Assembly (NCBI GenBank): GCA_000320545.1 | Contig: ADNK01000002.1 | Location: forward strand, 1-64,000 | Source of the DNA: Bigelowiella natans CCMP2755 | Lineage: Eukaryota > Protista > Cercozoa | Reading direction: 5' to 3' | DNA length: 64,000 nt | Shown: positions 12,201 through 23,949 of the stretch, in pieces | Numbering within the stretch: the stretch's first letter is position 1 | Layout: the number at the start of each line of letters is the position of its first letter | The notes under the pieces: model-generated | What the model was told of the DNA's origin: nothing | The model's input: the letters and a program-made list of their open reading frames with translations, nothing else | Databases searched by the model: none | Made by a program: the position numbers and the translations under genes

Positions 12201-12988
12201 TTCGAGGAAAATGGACTAAGAATGAAAAAGAAGTAAGAATGTAGATAATACATTGTTGCACCTCGTTCAATTACTACTATTACGACTACTACTACCACTA
12301 CCGCTACTAATCGGTTTTTTATTCCATCGCGTAGCAATATATAAATAATCCATATTAATATTATCATATTCATTTTTTGGTCGGTAATTGCTTGTTTCTA
12401 AGGGCAAACTTTTCGGAAAGACCATTGAACAAGGTAGTGAGGGAGAAGCTGCACGGGGAGGGGGGTGGATGGATGGAGGGGGCAAGAAGGGGGAGGGAGG
12501 GGGTTCTGACAGACTAAGATATGTCGGTTGAAAAAGATGAATAGTTGAATCTAGGTTTAGAATATGATGATGCATAGAGCAGCAACATGAATCTGTTTCA
12601 TATCAACACTGATAAATACATGTATATTTATGTTGAGTAGTAGAACATCATATTCATATCAACACTGATAAATACATGTATGTTTATGTTGAGTAGTAGA
12701 ACATCATATTCATATCAACACTGATAAATACATGTATGTTTATGTTGAGTAGTAGAACATCATATTCATATCAACACTGATAAATACATGTATGTTTATG
12801 TTGAGTAGTAGAACATCATATTCATATCAACACTGATAAATACATGTATGTTTATGTTGAGTAGTAGAACATCATATTCATATCAACACTGATAAATACA
12901 TGTATGTTTATGTTGAGTAGTAGAACATCATAAATAAGTTTCTTATTAAATTTACAAACAATATATATATATATATATATATATGCAA

Positions 12989-13024
<36 letters not shown>

Positions 13025-13235
13025 CAGGGGTTAAATTGGGCGAGTACGGTGTTCCTGATATCATGGTGGAAACGGTAAGGAAGAGAAGGAGGAGGAGGAG
13101 GAGGAAAAGAGAAGCGAAAACACAATATAGTGTCAATCTCCCTCTTTTTCTCTTAACTATTTTGCCATTCTCTGCTCAGTACTTTGCTTCTTTCGTATTA
13201 TTCATACTATATATATAAATATATAATATATATAT

Positions 13236-13288
<53 letters not shown>

Positions 13289-13908
13289 ATATGCATATAT
13301 TAGATATCGTTTTTGCTCAAAGAGGGTTTGTTCACAGAGGGCATATTTCGTGTGGCAGGGTAGTACTTAACTAACTTGAAGAATCAATGATAATAATCTT
13401 TATGCTTGTTTTCGCAGCATTGCAACATAATAGCAACATCACTTTAATATCTGTTTCAATAATACTGGACTAACTTTTTTGTATCGACTTTATTTATTGT
13501 TTGTTTTTAGAAATGCGGAAACAATAAGGCATATAAAAAACGAATACGACCAGAAGACAAGAGGGTATTCGTACACATCATTTACTATTACATACACACA
13601 TACATACAATATCTTGCTAATCATACCTCTTTTTTTAGACTAGTATGTACAAAATCTGGAATGTTGTTTGGTGATGATCTAAATATTCTTCTCTAATTTT
13701 ATTTCTGCTGCCACACACACCCACACACGTATACGACGTGTGTTAGAGTCAAAATGGAGAATGTTCACGACGTTGCAGGTAATACAATGATGATAGCGAC
13801 AGCACCGATTTCACTAGTTCTTCTTTTTAAGAAAGGATAGGTATTGTAGTATGTGTTTCGCCTCGAACTTCTTCTTCTTCTTCTTCCTACTATTGTATGT
13901 GTTTCTCG

Positions 13909-13940
<32 letters not shown>

Positions 13941-14267
13941 CTTCCTAATATAGAATATCACTGACACGCACGCCCATCTTACATTCTCATCATCATCGTC
14001 ATCATCATTGTTGCCATTGTTTCTCGGTTTTTCTGATTTTGTTTGATTCTTCTGATTTTGTTTGATTATAGGCGTATTGAAGTTATACATCCGATCTCTC
14101 AAAGAGCCAATTATTGCGTAATAGCAATTTATTCAGTGTGTCATGTGTGAAAAGGTATTATTTACCATTATTATCATCGATAAACAGGTCTAGCCTATAC
14201 GATGAGTTCATAAAACTTGACACTTTGAAGAAGAAGGCACAAAAATTTGAGAGGTTGTAAGAAAATT

Positions 14268-14300
<33 letters not shown>

Positions 14301-14577
14301 ACACAAGTGACGATGAAGCGATTTTTAAAAAAGACAACGAGGAGGAGGAGGAGGAGCTAATACTCATCAGTCAATATACTAACTACTACATATTAAGTAC
14401 AGATAGCACCTTCACTACTACTATACCTATGGATACTACTACTACTACTACTACTACTACTCTACTAAAGCTAAACCCTATCTACTCAATAATCGTCTTC
14501 ATTAAATAATCAAATCGACGTCGTGTCATACTACCACTCTTTATATATCATCATCTTTGTTTGTTTGTTTGCCGTTG

Positions 14578-14614
<37 letters not shown>

Positions 14615-15074
14615 CACTACTGCAGGTACGTATTCCTCCTTGATCAACTTTCAGGACCGGCATTCGACTCTTTAGGGTTATTATTATCATCATTATTATT
14701 TGTATACAGTGAATCAAACAATTTGTTTATAATTTATAATATTAATAACAGAGATCCCTGTTCTTCGAGAAAACCGAATTCTTAGCCCTCAATAATAAAT
14801 CCTTGTCCATCTTCTACAATTTTGTCCCCCCCCCCTTTCCCAGGTACCTCTGTCGCTTTCTTCAAACGATAGCGAGATTTGATTTCAAAACGAAAATGAC
14901 AGCATTCAACCTTGCGGTAGATAATCTAACCCCAAGTCTCTTCCTCCTCCTCCTCCTCCTCCTCCTCACAATAACATGGAATGATTTTCCCAATCCATTG
15001 TTAGGTCATTTTTGCGCCTAGTATCCTGAAACCTCTATCTGATGATCCAGCCGTTGCCATGGCAGACATGCCAA

Positions 15075-15109
<35 letters not shown>

Positions 15110-16364
15110 TTTGTGAGAGGAGGAGGAGGAGGAGGAGAGTGGTAGTAGCAGTAGTAAGTAGTAGTGAGAGATGAATCTTCTTCTTCTTCTTTGTTCTTGT
15201 GTTCTCATGGTGGGGGGGGGGACAGTAGAGTTGGGCGTCCTAGTTGGGAGCATCAACTCAGTCTTTCATCTCGAAGTATCTTCGATTTAAATTTTCCCTA
15301 ACTACGTGATTAGGCCATACGATGTATGAGCTGGTTCATCGAGCACGCCTTCAAGCTTTTTCCTGAGGAGGAGGAGGAGGAGGAGGAGGAGGAGGAGGCA
15401 CAGAAGCAGGGAATCCAGAAGGATCAAGATGCAAAAGCGAATACGAATGTGCGAGCATATGAACAAAGAAAGACCGAAACAGAAGATGGTAGTGATAATG
15501 AAAAGATGGCGGGGAAGATAGTTTCAGGGTTAAATAAAGGTGGAATTGGGAGAGAAAATGGAGAGGAAAATCGAATAGAATATGATGAAAGAGGAGATTG
15601 CAAGCAGACTGTGGTAACATCATCGCCACCACCACCGCCACCGCTCAGTGTTAGTTCCTCCCGTGGTAATAGTAGTAGTAGTAGTAGTTGTAATAGTAAT
15701 GCTCCACGACTAGTAAAGCGAAAGAAGAATTCTCTGCGTCTTTCCGGACTCAAGATCAAGCCTTTTGCTAAGAGCCTGTCGTCCACCATCGAGCAAGACT
15801 ACTTCAGTATCAACCCCACACACAAAGATGCAGACCTTTTCATGAAGCACCTAACTAGAGGAGGAGGAGGAGGAGAAGGAGGACCACCTGAGTGTAAAGT
15901 GGAAATTCTTAGCAGTTCTGTTGCAAGTACTGCAGATATGTCAGCTGCAAGTGTAACGCCTCCACCCCCCCCCATGCCCCTGGGGCTGGGCAGGTAAAAT
16001 TTCATTTTCGTATCTGCTGCAAAATTCTTCTATTCACTGCGAGATGAATGCAGTCCCGTTTTGTTTTGCGCTTGGGGAGATGAGCAAAAAAAGGCACACA
16101 CAGCAAAATCATATATAACCAAAAACGTTCATACATATTTCTTGTTCCTTTATCATGTTACGTATACATAATAAATGTGTTTTGTGTGGAGGGGGGGGTG
16201 CTGCTTGCAATTTTACTACCATTCTATCAACACATGACCATGAGTCATATTGTCGCAGGTTGCAGTCCCCATCGTTCGTTGTTGGTTCTGATGTGCTTCC
16301 ACCTCCTCCCATCGCAGAAGAAAATCACAAAGATGACAGGTGTGAAGATGAGGTCGTAGATTGA
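10010..16364 (+). CDS. Rho GTPase-activating protein with probable N-terminal C2-like region, many exons (start uncertain)
   Basis: Exons read KLFGKTIEQG, GVPDIMVET, ISFLLKEGLFTEGIFRVAG (~13304-13360, arginine finger), ENVHDVAG, VLKLYIRSLKEPII, YLCRFLQTIARFDFKTKMTAFNLA, VIFAPSIL. Low-complexity C-terminal exon 15326-15993; last exon ends at 16364. Confidence 0.85.
12597..12932. repeat. 56-bp tandem minisatellite, ~6 copies, intronic
   Basis: Unit TATCAACACTGATAAATACATGTATGTTTATGTTGAGTAGTAGAACATCATATTCA starts at 12601, 12657, 12713, 12769, 12825 and 12881; no spacers. Confidence 0.95.
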
Positions 16365-16865
16365 TTAAAATTTTGTTCAATTGCACTTTCACCAAAATGC
16401 ACCAAACGAACGGCAAGCATTTTTTGTCGGCAGTTGCGCTGCAATGTGCAATTGTCACAGAATCGGGCATGCACATTTACAAATGTAGCGAATTCCAGGT
16501 ACTGCATGAATGACAGATGCACCATTGTCACGTTTATTTGGAAAGCGCATTTGGTCTTGTGCACATTGCATGCATTGAAATTGAGTCGTACGTTCTAGCG
16601 TTCTACTCATCCATGTACGCTAGTACGTTGCTCGTAACCACACATGCGTGTGTGTCGTGTCTTGGTATCGTAACAAGTAGTTTGCACATGCTACATGAGG
16701 ATGACCACATTGAACAAACTTAATTGATTCATTATTACATCTGTCTTACATGCACATATTGACATGTTCATTCTAGCCTTGCTAGCTTGTACGATGTCCC
16801 CGCTGAAGCGCTGTGTGTGCGTGGCGTCTAGCAGATGTTATCTACGTTGCGATATGCAGGCCTAG

Positions 16866-17223
16866 TTTTAGCGGACTAGCGGTAGCTGTTTGGCTTTTGT
16901 GCGCGGGACTGTGCTGTTGATGTTGGAAAGTCAACACGCGGTCTCGTGTGCTTTTGGATTCTGATGATGACTTGTGACTTGCGCTGCACGCATGTGCGCA
17001 TTGGGTTCCGGCGCATTCGCGAAGATTCTCGAATCTTCCAGAATTCTCTCGAATTCTCTCGAGTGTTTCTGGAAGGTTCTCGAAGCTTCCGGAATGTTCT
17101 CGAAGATTCTGGAAGTTCTGAGAACTTCCATGCGCATGTGCGCAGCGCAGCGTGCAGCACGAGTGGACGTGCGCATGCTGCGACAGCTCCTTGATCGTGG
17201 GTGGCGCGGCCAGACCGCTGACA
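16866..17223 (-). repeat. Copia 3' LTR (358 bp)
   Basis: Matches 23592-23949 except for 5 substitutions in the terminal 27 bp. Confidence 0.95.
17016..17114. promoter_or_regulatory. Heat-shock element (nGAAn) arrays in the Copia LTR (second copy at 23742-23840)
   Basis: 6 in-register alternating TTC/GAA units at 17016-17043 and 10 units at 17067-17114. Confidence 0.75.
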
Positions 17224-18978
17224 CGCCCCCATGGACGTGGTGACCACGATCAGAGTGCTGATGTGCACGTGCCATTTCTGCCATGGTGACAGAACTTTTG
17301 CACGGTGCTGCACATGGACGCCATTCCCAAAGGTTTCGGAGTCCGAATGGTTGGCAATGTTTTGCCGACCAAACATCGCACCACCAGACGCCCAAAAACT
17401 CTGTGCAGAGGCACAAAATTCCCAGGCTTGCAACTGGGCAAGGTGCCATGGGCATGGTGCACTCCGAAATCGGCAGGAAAAATTCTTGCCTGACTGGGCA
17501 AGGTGCCACCATTTCGGTACGAACTGGGACTTGTCCAAAAAATTAATTTTTTTTGAACGACACCAGTGTGCTTCCAGAAAAGAATTTTTCTGCGACACTG
17601 GTGCACTTCCAGAAAAAATTCTGGAATCCCCTGGGCACTTCCAGAAAGATTCCAGAAAAATTCCGGAATGCCCTACGTTCGTCACCTGCACCCACATGCG
17701 GTGTTGACCAAGGCTCGGTAGGTAGGTAGACAGGTGGGTAGTGCAAGTAGTCCTTTCCTCCTTCTTCTTCTTCTTCTGTTTTTCGTCATCAGCAGTACGA
17801 GCAGCACGACCCTTCTGGTTTGATCGTTGCTGTTTGATGCCATCTCTGTCACTTACACTGTCACTACTGCTGCTGCTGTTTGCGTTGTGATGGCTACGGC
17901 GGTCTACTTTGAAGGGTTGTTTCTGATGCCCATGAAAGTTCCAGAAAGATTCCAGATTGTTGCTGCGTTTTTGTGAGACTAAGCTAATACTAGCTGTTTC
18001 GTTAGTGATATGACGAGGAAGGGGGGGTGGAGGAGCCCCCTCAAAGCTTTGTTGAGGGACCGCTGCTCTTGCCTGGTCCCGAACGTTCGACCCCAAGTAT
18101 GCTTCGCCCTGTAGGCGCGATTTTGTCTCATAAGGTGCGGCCAATTTCGATCTATCGGTGTCCTTGCCATGATAACCTTTTGTGCCAGAACCCTCATTGT
18201 GATAGATTCCCCTTCTGCCTGCTTCCATGAAGGGGGGAGCGAGGATTCTCTTACCGGAAAGCTATAACGACGGTTATTGAATTATTTATATAATAATGAG
18301 TCATCACTGAGCACCATAAGGGGCGCTAACTTCCTCATAATGAATATTCACCGCTTCGACCGGCCTGGATCTGTGATAGCCATTTCTCTGCGTAACTATT
18401 TGGTTGTCTTTGTGAATAGGCCCTCCTTGGTAGTCATGCTGTGGACGATCCGTTAACCCTGTATGGAGACTCAAGTTCACGTGCCTTAGAAATCGCTATA
18501 TTACCCATGCTGCTTTGTTGCGGTCTCTGCATTTCTTTATTGTGGCCATTGTACATAGGAGCCACAGCAGATGCCTCGCCACTTCCAATATAATACCGAT
18601 AATTGTGTGGATCTCCAGGCGATCGTTTTTCCTTTTGTTAACTTCGTAGGTATCTTGTAGTATACAGCTTTTGCATGTTCTCTCCTTATATTTGACTTCG
18701 TATTTGTTATACACTAGGTATCTCGTCTTCATTATTATATCCGCCCCCATGATTGTGCAGTGTCTGGAAGACACTGTGCAATCATATAGAAATCTATAGC
18801 GTATTCTACATTCGCCCCCATGATAGCGAGAGTGTCTGGAAGACACTGTGCATATAGTCCATAGCAAGATACGCAAGGAAAGGTACACACATACAAAGAT
18901 GTGTGCCATTAAAACCTTGCAGCCTATATGTTTATATGTTGTAGGTTTCTAAATGGACGTGGGGCTTTCATAGGGCGA

Positions 18979-21900
18979 CTAAGCGGACGTGGGGCCGACA
19001 AGGCGAGGGAGCTTGTAAGGTAGAGTCTTTGTAGTTATTTTTCTTTTTCTGGTGCCTTGTAGCATGATGGTTAGTTTTTCTCTGTATGATATAGGGAACA
19101 AGAAATCACAGTGTTTCTTGTTGCTAGGTCCTGGTAGAGCCTTAGTAAGTATATCAGCGGGATTGTCCTCCCCAGGTATTTTGTTTATGCAGATCTGCTT
19201 AGTTTGATAGTTATCACGAACATTGTGATATTCTATCCTTATGTTCTTGCCTTTTTGTGTGAATCCAGGCTTGGCTGCAATGGAGATAGCTGCTTGAGAG
19301 TCACAATACACAGGTACAGGTTTCGGTATCTTCATCTTTAACTCCTGTAGTAACTGAGTGACATACACTAACTCTCTGCATATATCTGATAGTGCTATGT
19401 ACTCAGCCTCGCCACTGGACATAGCAACGACCTTTTGCTTGTTGCTCTTCCAGACAACAGGTGCGTTGCTTAGCGATATGAAATATCCTGAGTATGATTT
19501 ACCCGTTTTCTTGCAGGTTTTCCAGGAGGCATCGACGTAAGCTTTAAGCTCAGGTTTGGACGCTGCTTTAAAGGTAATTCTTTTATCCTTTGTATTGACC
19601 AGATACTGCAGTAAGCGTACTGCAGCGATGTAGTGTATAGTTCTAGGATCTTGACTGTAGGAAGCTAGACGAGATAGAGTGTAGCATATGTCTGGTCTAG
19701 TAGCCACAGCTGCATACATTGCAGCTCCTATGATGGATCTGTATGCCTTTTGATCCACCTTATCATGCTCCTCGTATTCGTCTAACTTCGATCCTGTTAT
19801 CATTGGTGTTTTTGCTCTTTTCGTAGGCGTGATATCATACTTCTGGGCGAGTCTGGTGAGGTAGTCTTCCTGCGATATCCAATAGTTTCCCTCATTGTCG
19901 CTACCAACTCTTATGCCCAGTGTTTTCTTTAGCTCGCCTTCATCGCGAAACTCAAACTTGTCGCCTATTCGCTTCATGACAAAGTCCAGGTCTCTCTTAT
20001 CTTGATATGCTATGCATATGTCATCCACGAAACATGACAATATGATGATTCTTCCTTGTCTGTGCATTATCATTAGGCAAGGATCGGAATAAAGCTGGAC
20101 GAAGCCAATGGCGTTGAGATGCTCGAGCAAGGTAAGGCTGAATATTGCACTTGCTTGTGTCAGCCCATAAATGCTTTTATTTACCAGTAGGGCTAGTGGA
20201 AGGCCACTGTTGTATAGCCGGATTTCATCAGGTGTCTTCGGCTTCCACCCTTTAGGTATTTCCATGTATACTTTACAGTCCATCTTTCCAGTTAGGAAAG
20301 CTGTAAGTATATCTATCCCGTGTAGTTTTAGCTTGAGGATAGATGCTATGGCTAACATTATCCGAAAACTATTTAGGGACAACGTCGGGGAATAAGAGAA
20401 GAAGAAGTCTTCTCCCGGGATCTGCGTGAACCCTCGCGCGACCAGCCTTGACTTATACCGAATGGTATAGTCTACATTTATTTTCTTCTTGAATACCCAT
20501 TTAGATGTAACGAAATTTGTATCCTTAGGTCGCACTACCAGCGTAAACGTTCCAAGTTTTCGAAGCTGGTGCAGTTCCTCTTCCGTAGAAGGTATCCAAT
20601 GCTTCTTATCATCTCCTGTGATTGCATCGTCATACGTCTTAGGAAGGTCCTCGATCTCTTGTACTGATGGAGCTTTTATGTTCATCAGGCGGTCGTAATA
20701 GCTACCAAGTATTCCGTAACGAATACCAGGTACTCCCCTATTTTCTCTATTCGACCTTCGAGGCTTACTTTTTGCTTTTGTTTCAGGCCCACCATCCTCT
20801 GGCAACTCGTCAGTTGCACTGGATGGTTCGGGGGCGTCCGCGTCGGCAGGACCTTCTGGATAAAGGTACGCCAAAGCCGAATCACTAACTTTGTTTCTCT
20901 TCAGCGAAGGAAACTTAAACACTGTGTGGTACCATTTAGTTACACGGACTCTTTTAATTTTCAGCGTCTTCGTGGCGACGAGAAAAGTACCAAATCTATC
21001 GTCATATCCCAACATACGTACGTATTCACCTCTAGCACCCATACCACCTGCAGGTCGGAGTTCCTTGTCAATGTGGTTTACTCCGATGCATCCCCAGGTA
21101 GTTAGATTCTTTAGATTTGGTTGCTCATGGTGCAGTAGTTCTTTAGGCGTTTTTCTACCAGGTGTGCTGCGATGTGAGGTGACGTTGTGGAGATATGCTG
21201 CAGTCTGAGCTGCGTAGGACCAGTATCCGACCGGTAAGCGTGCATGTTCTAACATAGCTCTTGTTTTCGCCATGATAGTCTGTATGTGACGCTCGGACAT
21301 TCCATTTTGCTCAGGTGTTCGGGCGGTGCTAGGAACCCATTTTATTCCTTCGGAGGTGAGCCAGCTATGTAGCTTTGCGCTCATATATTCACCTCCACCA
21401 TCCGATCTGAATTCGTCTATGCTTCCACAACCTGGAAGCTTTCTGATGTGCTTTAGGAACTGTATGGTTTTCTGCGTAACTTCGCTTTTCTTTCTCATGA
21501 GCTCCAAGGTAACCCACCTTGTTCCTTCATGTACGAATATTACGAAATACTTGTAACCATCCATGCTGTTAGGCATGGTCTTTACATCAGAGTGAATTCT
21601 ATTCCACATCCGGTTTTTCTTGTGGATATCAGGTACACATTTTTGCTTCTTTTTGACAGCATCGTCCTCAATCTTTGCTTTATTCCGATGCTGTTTCATC
21701 CTTTCTTGGGCGCTTGGATCAAAGATCGGAGATCTTTTTGTTTTGGCTACATCACAGGCCTTGCAAAAGATCTTCTTTGGTATTTTTATCGTCTTGGAAT
21801 AAGGTAAACCTTCTGTAACTGCATAGGTGTCTCTTATCTTATCCGCTGCGATGTGCCCTAGGATGTTATGTGCGTGCTTGATTGAAGATGGCTGTTTCAT

Positions 21901-23421
21901 TGGGTAGGATTTAAATCTTTGTGTTTTTGTACTTTTGTTTATTTGTTTATATCTCAAATAAAATAGGCCGTCGTCTTGAAAGTCCCCGAACGCGTATTCC
22001 TCTCCGTTGGCGGTAATGCTTATTCCTTGTTTTGTTCCTTTGTACTCGCTGCCACTCTTAACTAGTCTGTTTAGAGAAATCACATTGCCTGCAGCTTCTT
22101 CAGAGTACAAAGCTCCTTGTAGAACAATTTTGTGCATCTTTCCTTGCTTGTTTTTTGTAGTTAGTTTGACGTCGCCTGCATAATTCACAAAGAATCCTGT
22201 CCCATCTTTGCCAACTTCTATGTATCGTGGTTGAATAGGTTTCAACTCGTTGAAGAAGTCGCGGTCGCAGAAGAAGTGGTTGTTGGCTCCGCTGTCGAGA
22301 AGGATCAAAGGCTTATGGTTGTACTTCAGCGTTTGCAGGTAAGAATTGTCGCGTGCCATCTTATTAATGTAAGAGGGTCTTTGGGAAGGGGAGCCATGAT
22401 CAATAAAAGAATAGTGTTTTCCTTTGTTCTGCTTGCCTTCATCTCTCATCTTGTTTCTGCATTCCTTTTCCCAATGTCCTTTCTTGCCACAGTAATGGCA
22501 TTTTGTTCTTTTCTTTAAGTTCAAGAAATAGTCTTCTCTCTTTTGCTTCTTGGAATTGTCTTGATATGCTTCGCTGTTGTATCTGTTCTTTCCCTTTTTG
22601 AATTTCCTCTTGTAGGTCTTCAGCTGACCTGTAAGTTCGTTTAGCCTTTTCTCCAAGCCATCGTACATCTTCACGTATTTGTGTTCTGCACTGGTGTGTC
22701 CTGCATGTTTCTTTGAAGGTCTCTGCCCGTCATCTAATGATCGGGAGTTTATGTGGGAGCGGATCATGTCCACTGCAGAGTCGAAGGTAACATCTTTCTT
22801 GTTGTTGATGACTGTAACTATAGTCTCGTATTTTTCGCTAGGTACAAGTCCTCGAAGTAGAGTGGCAAGCGCTTGGTTGTCGGAGTACCCTTCGTGCTGT
22901 GCCCGAAGTCTTCTGATCGTCGAGTCAAGGTCAGAATGATACTTTGTGAAGTCTCCATTGTACTGACCCATGTTTATATCACTTAGTTTCGAATAAAGTT
23001 TCCTGACGGCTACAGGATTGGTAGGCTCGTACTTCTCCAGCAAGGCTGCTAAGGTAACTGCTACGTCTTTGGGTTTTCCTTCGAGTAGATCGAAGAATTT
23101 ATCAGGAAGGGTAGCAGTGAGGAAGAATCTTCCTCTCTTTCTTTTGTTTATCTTTTCTTGTGATCCTCTTCCTTCAGGTTTGGGATTGAGGATATCGAAT
23201 TGCTCCGGGGATAGCTTGAGTACTTCTCGTCGGTGAGCGGGGTCGGTGCGTACATTGACTTCTGTCACCTTTCCTTCTATTTCTATGTTGACATTGAAGC
23301 ATGATTCCAAATCCGCTGCTTCAAAGGCAGACATTAGCTTGTACATGTAGGGCTTGTAGTTGCTACCATCGTACTTGAGGGTGAAGTTTTTCAGCAGGGA
23401 GTCTATCTGCTTTTCTGACAT
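18979..23421 (-). CDS. Copia gag-pol polyprotein (1480 aa)
   Basis: Zn knuckle CHYCGKKGHWEKEC; protease LLDSGA; integrase H..H..CKAC, IHSD, RSDGGGEY, PEQNGMSER; RT KSRLVARGF, SIYGLTQA, FVDD; RNase H YVDASW, NPADILTK. IN-before-RT order defines Copia. Confidence 0.98.
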   Translation of the reverse strand: MSEKQIDSLLKNFTLKYDGSNYKPYMYKLMSAFEAADLESCFNVNIEIEGKVTEVNVRTDPAHRREVLKLSPEQFDILNPKPEGRGSQEKINKRKRGRFFLTATLPDKFFDLLEGKPKDVAVTLAALLEKYEPTNPVAVRKLYSKLSDINMGQYNGDFTKYHSDLDSTIRRLRAQHEGYSDNQALATLLRGLVPSEKYETIVTVINNKKDVTFDSAVDMIRSHINSRSLDDGQRPSKKHAGHTSAEHKYVKMYDGLEKRLNELTGQLKTYKRKFKKGKNRYNSEAYQDNSKKQKREDYFLNLKKRTKCHYCGKKGHWEKECRNKMRDEGKQNKGKHYSFIDHGSPSQRPSYINKMARDNSYLQTLKYNHKPLILLDSGANNHFFCDRDFFNELKPIQPRYIEVGKDGTGFFVNYAGDVKLTTKNKQGKMHKIVLQGALYSEEAAGNVISLNRLVKSGSEYKGTKQGISITANGEEYAFGDFQDDGLFYLRYKQINKSTKTQRFKSYPMKQPSSIKHAHNILGHIAADKIRDTYAVTEGLPYSKTIKIPKKIFCKACDVAKTKRSPIFDPSAQERMKQHRNKAKIEDDAVKKKQKCVPDIHKKNRMWNRIHSDVKTMPNSMDGYKYFVIFVHEGTRWVTLELMRKKSEVTQKTIQFLKHIRKLPGCGSIDEFRSDGGGEYMSAKLHSWLTSEGIKWVPSTARTPEQNGMSERHIQTIMAKTRAMLEHARLPVGYWSYAAQTAAYLHNVTSHRSTPGRKTPKELLHHEQPNLKNLTTWGCIGVNHIDKELRPAGGMGARGEYVRMLGYDDRFGTFLVATKTLKIKRVRVTKWYHTVFKFPSLKRNKVSDSALAYLYPEGPADADAPEPSSATDELPEDGGPETKAKSKPRRSNRENRGVPGIRYGILGSYYDRLMNIKAPSVQEIEDLPKTYDDAITGDDKKHWIPSTEEELHQLRKLGTFTLVVRPKDTNFVTSKWVFKKKINVDYTIRYKSRLVARGFTQIPGEDFFFSYSPTLSLNSFRIMLAIASILKLKLHGIDILTAFLTGKMDCKVYMEIPKGWKPKTPDEIRLYNSGLPLALLVNKSIYGLTQASAIFSLTLLEHLNAIGFVQLYSDPCLMIMHRQGRIIILSCFVDDICIAYQDKRDLDFVMKRIGDKFEFRDEGELKKTLGIRVGSDNEGNYWISQEDYLTRLAQKYDITPTKRAKTPMITGSKLDEYEEHDKVDQKAYRSIIGAAMYAAVATRPDICYTLSRLASYSQDPRTIHYIAAVRLLQYLVNTKDKRITFKAASKPELKAYVDASWKTCKKTGKSYSGYFISLSNAPVVWKSNKQKVVAMSSGEAEYIALSDICRELVYVTQLLQELKMKIPKPVPVYCDSQAAISIAAKPGFTQKGKNIRIEYHNVRDNYQTKQICINKIPGEDNPADILTKALPGPSNKKHCDFLFPISYREKLTIMLQGTRKRKITTKTLPYKLPRLVGPTSA

Positions 23422-23580
23422 GTTGTTTCGTTCCTGTTTTCTTTGTTTTCAGTGCTTTGGAGGCTTGACCGAAGATTGGCTGAGGGAATGCTGTTGTCGC
23501 TTTCAGTTCCTTCTTCTGGAAGGATGTAGCTGAAGGGGGGGGGTGGGGGGTTTGCTTGGTTCTTTTGCAAGTCCTCTTGA

Positions 23581-23591
23581 GGCTCATAACC
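23581..23591 (-). promoter_or_regulatory. Primer-binding site, half-tRNA-iMet type
   Basis: Minus strand GGTTATGAGCC directly after the 5' LTR resembles the GGTTATGGGCCC PBS of Drosophila copia. Confidence 0.8.
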
Positions 23592-23949
23592 TTTTAGAGG
23601 GCTTGCGGTAGCTGCTTAGCTTTTGTGCGCGGGACTGTGCTGTTGATGTTGGAAAGTCAACACGCGGTCTCGTGTGCTTTTGGATTCTGATGATGACTTG
23701 TGACTTGCGCTGCACGCATGTGCGCATTGGGTTCCGGCGCATTCGCGAAGATTCTCGAATCTTCCAGAATTCTCTCGAATTCTCTCGAGTGTTTCTGGAA
23801 GGTTCTCGAAGCTTCCGGAATGTTCTCGAAGATTCTGGAAGTTCTGAGAACTTCCATGCGCATGTGCGCAGCGCAGCGTGCAGCACGAGTGGACGTGCGC
23901 ATGCTGCGACAGCTCCTTGATCGTGGGTGGCGCGGCCAGACCGCTGACA
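23592..23949 (-). repeat. Copia 5' LTR (358 bp)
   Basis: Minus strand begins TGTCAGCGG and ends CTAAAA, immediately followed by the PBS. Confidence 0.95.

Larger units (their letters stand above)
16866..23949 (-). mobile_element. Complete Ty1/Copia LTR retrotransposon
   Basis: Two 358-bp LTRs; 5-bp TSD CCTAG (16861-16865 and 23950-23954); intact gag-PR-IN-RT-RH ORF; PBS next to the 5' LTR and short PPT (minus strand ATGGGGGCG) before the 3' LTR. Confidence 0.97.

Noticed and set aside
12454-12503. G-rich intronic tract as a G-quadruplex
   Set aside because: Low-complexity tracts are ubiquitous in these introns; nothing marks this one as functional.
12597-12932. Regular 56-bp repeats resembling a CRISPR array
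   Set aside because: Head-to-tail near-identical units with no unique spacers, no cas genes, and located in a eukaryotic intron.
19358-23236. Antisense ORFs over the Copia polyprotein (likewise over CTPS, Gypsy pol and the mTERF-like gene)
   Set aside because: Shadow frames of real coding sequence, without motifs.
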